A stretch of 62,506 nt of DNA from the NCBI GenBank assembly GCA_943704425.1, contig CALSCP010001961.1, positions 1 through 62,506 of the forward strand, in the 5' to 3' direction. Origin of the DNA: Ministeria vibrans ATCC 50519 (lineage: Eukaryota > Protista > Filasterea). Below, piece by piece: positions 55,988 to 62,506 of the stretch (position 1 is the stretch's first letter; the number at the start of each line of letters is the position of its first letter). The position numbers were made by a program, and so were the translations under genes. The notes under the pieces are model-generated. The model had not been told where the DNA came from, searched no databases, and saw nothing but the letters and a program-made list of their open reading frames with translations.

Positions 55988-56375
55988 GAGCACTTGTTTT
56001 TTGTTTGCTGGTTTTTTTTTTTTTGTGCGTTTTTTTTTTTTTTTTTTTTGTCTCGTTTGTCTCGTTTGTCTTTTCCTCTTCTCACGAAATCTTCTTCGTA
56101 CCTGCAGCTTCTTCTTTGAAACGCAGCACGGCATTGTTCTTGATTTAAAGGGCGTCTTCCTGCACGCCAGCAGCAAATTCGCATCGGTAGGGCAAGCGAT
56201 CACGTTTTGCGCAAACGCCCCTTCCATCTCAAACCCCAACTCCCTTTGCTTCCCAGCTCCTCGGCGTCCTTCCGAATCTGCTCACTGGACGCAACATGTC
56301 AAGTTTCATTCATTCAAACGGTACAGATGGGCCCTCCTTCTCGAATAGTGTTGCTCTCTCATCACCGACTCATTT

Positions 56376-56406
<31 letters not shown>

Positions 56407-56414
56407 CGCCTCCT

Positions 56415-57612
56415 TTGTTCGCTCAAGTAAACGTGACGCGGCGCTTCGAAGGCGGATGCATTCAACCCGCGCGTCATCTCCCCGAAAAATCTCGCAGAGG
56501 CGAGGGCGGAAAAGATGACTTTGACTCGACGGTAAAAGAAAGCGAAACGACAACCGAAAAAGCGCAAAAATCAAACGTTTTGCCGCGGAGCATTGCGAAT
56601 GTGTTGACCCGGTGGTACAAAAATATATGTTATCCTGGACGGCGCCACGGTGGGCGGCTGGATCGGCGGCTCACGGGCGATAGGGTCATTGTACAGTCAC
56701 AAACTCATTCGATCTCTACCTTTCAGTCGCCGCCCAACGATGCCTGGCTGTTGCCGCCGAAGGAAGACACATCAGCCGACGTTGAAGAAAATCAGATTGA
56801 GCACTTGACCGAGCAGGACCGCACCGTAGGTGGTTTAGTTATATCGTGTGTATTTGCTTAATGTTTACTAATAATTATTAGTATTATTATTGCTGTTCTC
56901 CTTTGCTTCTTAGGTACTTCAAGACTTACTCTGTGTGGCTGGTGCAGGGGGTAATGACGACCCTGGAAAAGGCGCAGGTCATTGTGGGGATGGTATGGGC
57001 GGTGATGATGATGGTGATGACGATGACGACGAAGATGACAGCAGTGACAGCCCGGGTGTGGGCTCTGTTGAGGTGTGAAAGAGTTACCATATGGTTTTGG
57101 TACTAAACCCTAAAGTTTAGTGCAAGCCCCATTCATTCGTGCAACACGAGCTGTATGTCACACACAAGCTCAAGTACACCCCCCGATTCCAACGGCTGGT
57201 GATGCAGAAAAGAAAAACTCGCGCGTCTCTCTGTGATCCTGCTTGCGATCGTCGCATCGCAAAGGGAGGGCATCGAGGCAGGCTCGCAGCAGCTGCAGCA
57301 CTTCCGGATATTTTAAATCTGCAATCGATGGGAGCCAGGCCCGTGTCGATGGGAGCCAGGTTCGTGTCGATGGGAGCCAGCCCCGTGTCGATGGGAGCCA
57401 GGTTCGTGTCGATGGGAGCCAGCCCCGTGTTGATGGGTCGCTCTGTGCTGCGCAACGGCAACACCCACGATGAGTACGACGACGACGACGACGAGGACAA
57501 CGACGATGACGACGACAATGACGACGACGACGAAGCTGATGATGACGACGACGACGAAGCTGATGATGATGAAAAGGATGCTGACAAGGTGAACGAACCC
57601 CAATTTATGTGA
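56415..57612 (+). CDS. Hypothetical multi-exon protein with Asp-rich tracts; start uncertain
   Basis: ORF 56415 can splice (~56826-56912) to VLQDLLCVAG..DDDDEDD and then (~57073-57120) to CKPHSFVQHELY..poly-D. Confidence 0.4.
57325..57437 (+). repeat. 21-bp tandem repeat, ~5 copies with alternating variants
   Basis: Units tcgatgggagccag(gc/gt/cc)(c/t)cgtg encode SMGARPV, SMGARFV and SMGASPV. Confidence 0.9.
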
Positions 57613-57697
57613 TCATCCCATGCATGATTAAGTTTCCATTTGTGCACATCTGTGCCTCTCGTTCTATATGTTATAGTCATTGGCAGCGGTTCTGATC

Positions 57698-57979
57698 ATG
57701 GAAAACGCCCCTGCGAGCCATGTAAACACAGTGTTTCAAGAAATTCTTGCGCTGTGTGCGACCGAGCAGCCACAGGCGGCCCTGGAGATTTCCAACAACG
57801 CGGGCGTGCAGAAAGTCTGCAGCGTCGTCAATACCTTCGTGGATACACTAGATCTCAAGATTACCCACGGTGAAGTCATCAACAACACTCTGGTTCTCCA
57901 TACGCCAGAGGACAAGGGCAACACCGCACCCTATGCACTCTCCATTTGCAAGAACGCTGTACGTTTCGAACCCCCCTAA
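57698..57979 (+). CDS. Hypothetical protein exon
   Basis: ORF with globular-looking composition. Possible donor gtacgt at ~57959 and acceptor at ~58041. Confidence 0.3.
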   Translation: MENAPASHVNTVFQEILALCATEQPQAALEISNNAGVQKVCSVVNTFVDTLDLKITHGEVINNTLVLHTPEDKGNTAPYALSICKNAVRFEPP

Positions 57980-58235
57980 TGTTCAACTGACGCTGCTCCC
58001 TCACACACACACACACACACGCTTACTCTCGCACTCTGTAGGAGGGTCATCTGCACTTCGAGTACGGTCTTCTTACATCGAGCGCTGGCTCTGCTTAGAT
58101 TCCTTCTCTTCTGTTCATTGTACCAATGAGCCCTCGTTCATGTTGCAGCTGAGCATACACATAATAATAAAAATATAATAATAATATTCCAAATGCGACT
58201 CATAATAATATAAGACTGACGTCCAATATAAATAA

Positions 58236-60330
58236 TTATTTTAATACTATATTCATACTCATTCTGTGGTGGTTGTGGTCTGTAGGGTGCGCTCTGTTGC
58301 AGCACGGAGGGCACTCGATCGCATCAGAATAATCTGAACAGAGGTCTAACAAGCAAGAAACATCGTGCGAGTGAATAAGTGTATGCGTGAGAGAGAGAGA
58401 GAGAAAGCGAGAGGAGAGGGGAAAGAAACAAAGTGATAGAGAGAAGAAACAAAGCAATCGAGAGAAACAAAGTGATGAAGAGTCTGCAAGTCATTGTGGC
58501 GTGCGTGTGTGGAAAATGGGCAAAAAAAGAAATGAAACGTACAATGTCACGGGGCAGAACAGACAAAATGACGGGCTCGCCGTCATGGTGGGCACGGATG
58601 TTGAGCACAAAGGAGCCGCGGGGACGTGTTGTCTTGGGCCCAATCTCACTGCGGAAGACAGCCTCGCGTGTGAGCTCAATGGCAAACTCACGCAGAAGAC
58701 GGTCCACAAAGGCCTTGAGGCGCACGAGCAGTGGCAGGCGGGCAGCACGACCCAGTGTATCCGGCCCCGTTCGCATGGCCCCCTTCAGCGCCCCGCGTGG
58801 GTTCTCTGCCACTCGCTGCAGCAGCGTCATCAGTTGCACAGAGTTCTCACACGGGCACAGGACAGAGATGGCCGTCTATTGCGTACACAATACAGAACAT
58901 TGCAGTTAAATAAACGTAGAGTTGTACATTTTTTGTTCACTTGGCTTACCTTCTCATGTAGCTGACGAGGGGAACCCGTCTCCTCCTCTTCCTCCCCCTC
59001 CTCCTCTTCTTCTTGCTCCGGAACCGTCGAAGTCTACACACAAGTACGACAGTTAAACAGTATTGTTAGACACACACACACTTTTAGTACCTACACAAAC
59101 AATACACACCCTAAACACACAATAATTTCCTCATACACAGACACAGCGCCACATTCGCACACATGCACACCCACGGCAAAAAAAAAAAAAAAAAAAAAAA
59201 AAGGGACACGCACGCACAACCACATCCACACCTCGTTCGCACATACCGGAGACATCATCAAAGATGCAGGTGAGGATGCGGGGAAGCGGAAGCTTCCATC
59301 CTCCAGTCTCGCATCGCTCAGCTCACCAGGACTCGCGCCCTCACTGGCTCCCCCCGCCACTTTAAGCCTATTCAAGTCCTTTTGAAGGGCACGGACGGGT
59401 GTCGCAGCGGAGGCAGCGGCCACTGTCGCCGCTGCTTTGGATACTGTTGCAGCTGCGGCAGAGCCGCTCGGACCCACATGTGCTGGCTGACTCCAGATGA
59501 ATCGTATTTCCAATGAGCCCATACTCAACTACAAAACAAAAATTAAAAATTAATACAACAAAAACATAATAATAATATTTTAATAATATTTTTAATTTCC
59601 ACCTCATCGGCTATCGGAGTAACAGTCAACTTGCAGTCTGAGCGCACAGTGTCACTCAGAGAGATAACTTTGTAGCGTAATTGCTCCCAGGGCGTATCTT
59701 TCCCTGCATGTTCGGGCCGCCCTTGCAACTGGAGCACCCATTCATGCAGGAATTTATCTCGCTGCGTGGCGTACTCAAGGTACACCTGCGCCAACAAAGC
59801 GTTCGGCGTCGTCTGATTGGTGGATTCCAGAACAAACAGGGACGGTATGTGCGCAGGTGGAATAACGATTTGCCCACACTTCTCAAATACAATTGTCGCG
59901 CCGCCCTCATTTTTTCCCTCATCGTCGCTGTCCCTCGGCTTATACGCACCATGCTATTTACGTAAAAAGGTGGTCAACAGTAGAAGAAAAAAACCCCCCA
60001 TCATACTCCAAAATCGAAATAATGGGGGGGGGGTTTATCGTCAATCTCCTGAGAAGATTTGATTATTTGATTAGGCATAATGCCGGGCCCAAAGAGAGAC
60101 ACAGCAGACAACCCACTTTGATATAATGATGATGCACGCGACACAGTGACAACTGCTTCTCTGTGCGATGTTGCACAAAACAAAGAAGCGGAAAAAAGAG
60201 AAAAATATATTGTGCTCGCACTCTTACTGTCGCGGTATCACAGGGAACTCTCCCTTGCCACTGGTTTGAAGGTATGCTCTCTGGTAGTCTATCATCTAAT
60301 CCGTCTCTTGATTCCATTATCTATCAGAGA
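58236..60330 (-). CDS. Hypothetical multi-exon protein; 5' end not defined
   Basis: Coding-like blocks flanked by GT-AG sites at ~60230-60320, 59602-59955, 59231-59528, 58949-59033, 58543-58900 and 58236-58333. No recognisable domain. Confidence 0.45.
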
Positions 60331-62506
60331 AGAAAAATAAAGAGCGAGAGAGAGTTATTCTCATGCGCGTACGGAAATGATGTTCCCATTTCTCGACTTG
60401 TCGTTCACGCACCCCTCACTCACTCCACGTCACCAAGTACATTGGTGCAAGAGGGAAATGACAAAATTATTAGGAAAAATAAATAAAAGAAGAAGAAGAT
60501 AGAGAACAGATAATAAATAGAAGAAGAAAGAAGTCATCCCACCAAGTTCACCCAAACAGTTGGACGTGCGTAAACGCAGAGTCAAGAGTGAGCGTGGCAG
60601 GTTGTGTGTCGCGCGCAAGGCAGAAGCCGGCTTGAACAGGATGTGTCTCGCGACAGTCTCGTTCGCGTCGATAGCAAAACAAGTCGCCTAACGCCACACA
60701 CATGACGCACGACACGCCGCTCATTGCCCTCCACAACTACCCATGCTTCCACAGAAACGTAGGTGTCGAGCACAACGTGTTGCAATCACACAAATGCGCT
60801 GTTCATTTTTTTTTGAAAATTCAAATTGTGGAGCCATTGATAGGAGAATGATTCACGAGACACCAGCACACTCAGATACCCAAAGAAACGCAAACATACA
60901 CACCTGCGCAATAAAACAACTCACATTGCTATTGGGAATGGGAGTGGACGAGAAGAGAAGGCAACGGCCTATTCATAATCATCTCAGATAAAAATATCTT
61001 ACAGCACTTCAGCAAGAAATAAAAATAGCACGCGCGCACGTCACACCGCGTAGCGTATGTACAACAGACAAAAGAGGGCAGTTACGTATTAAAATAATGA
61101 TATTAAAATTTAAAAACTAGACTTTGAGATGTGCTGGAAATTTCGATGAGTCAACGCCAAATTAAAAGGGAGCAGTGAAGCATCATTATTAGAAATAAGT
61201 TAAAAGAGCAATGGTTTGATGAGATGATGACGCGACACTGCGAAAAAGTCCCCACAATTGCGAATATATGGCCCAGGGGGAGATGAATCCATTGTCAAAG
61301 ATTGGATGTCACTTGGTTACGTATGTCAACTGTACACTGGCTACAGTGTGTACAGTCTACTACACCTACTAGTTCACACTAGGCAGTAGGCGTCGTGACA
61401 CTGCGTAGCGTGAGCGAAAAGCGATGTCAAATGAAAAATCAAGATCAAAAACCGCTGAACGCCACAGACACTCACAATGAAGCTCATATGGCTCCCGCGA
61501 CACGGGCGAATGAGTCAAATGACTTAAATTCATTGGACCGAGCGGCATGCAATGGACGAATACGGTTGGGCGCACTTGCTTTGTCGTTTGTGGAAATGGG
61601 AAAAATTGGTCGAGATGGAGTCGAGATTTAGTCGACTCGCTTATTTCAAAATAATACGACGATGCCTATCGTCCTTGATAGGCAAGCAAGGTGGTGTGTA
61701 TTATGTATATTGGCTATTGCTATCATTTTAGAGGATTTGAAGCGTCTCGTAGGCTGTACTGAGTAAGCGGAATATTTTGATTGGCGAATTGAGGCGACGT
61801 CTGGCGACCCAATGGGACGAGAGGATTAAAATATACCTGCCAAATACAAACTCACTATAATGGGCTTATTGGCTTTCGCAGTGATTAAGGACTGCCTTGT
61901 ATATTTGTTCGACGTAAATGAATTTTGGTCGCTTCGTTAAGCATACAGAAGAAAGGAATAAATAATATGACTATAAATTAATTATTAATCTTAATTATGA
62001 AAGGTCGAAATTTGTTACTGATCCGACACTCAACTCCCCTTAGAACGTCTCGCAATCAGGTCTGAGTCACTAAATATCCCTCACTTAGTGTATGATTACC
62101 CAATCGGCCTTAAGCTTGGGGGTGCAGGACTGGCTCATCGTTACGTATATATATACCGAAGGTATCCCTTAGTAATAGCTTATGGTGGGTTGTAATCTTC
62201 TTCGTCTTCGAAATTTATTTTCTGGAGAGTGTATCCATTATTAAATGGGCTGTATTCTTCTTCGTCTTTGAATTCTATATTCGCTGGTTACGGAGAGCCC
62301 CAGGAACACTTGCTGCTCCTCTGTGCTCACCCAGCGGTGTACCGACACCGACCCTACTCACTGGTCGGCAAGACCCTTGCCGAGGCACTGTGCGCGAGTA
62401 ACGACCATGCACGCATTATGAAGTATTTCATCCTCTGGGGGGGGCTGCATACAACTATTGCCAACCAGCGTCGTCACAATCCCTCGTGGATCATAATCAC
62501 CTCCCT

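Overview
Compact, intron-rich eukaryotic genomic DNA with the standard genetic code, GT-AG introns and many (CT)n, (CA)n and (AAT)n microsatellites. The gene mix (an animal-type receptor tyrosine kinase, TM2D3, a SAXO-like microtubule protein and a fungal-type Zn2Cys6 factor) points to a unicellular relative of animals, but the taxon cannot be fixed from sequence alone. About 20 genes were reconstructed by hand by joining exons. Genes in the first half are an F-box/ankyrin protein, a SAXO-like protein, a signal-peptide JmjC protein, a 2OG-oxygenase-like protein, a SAM methyltransferase, an ependymin-like protein, TM2D3 and the receptor kinase. Genes in the second half are TRAPPC12, a second 2OG-oxygenase, ACSL, an SLC25A44-like carrier, WDR1, SNM1A, MTRR, GSTZ1, CWF19L2, a Zn2Cys6 factor and several unknowns. 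The standout is a ~12-kb gene (18364-30496) for a ~3900-aa receptor tyrosine kinase. It has Reelin-like repeats, about 56 tandem Notch-like EGF repeats, a ZU5-like insert, a transmembrane helix, a tyrosine-motif-rich juxtamembrane region, an intact kinase and a C-terminal ATDV PDZ-binding motif. It lies directly downstream of TM2D3/almondex and near three secretory-pathway 2OG-oxygenase-fold genes. All calls come from motif recognition; no searches were run.
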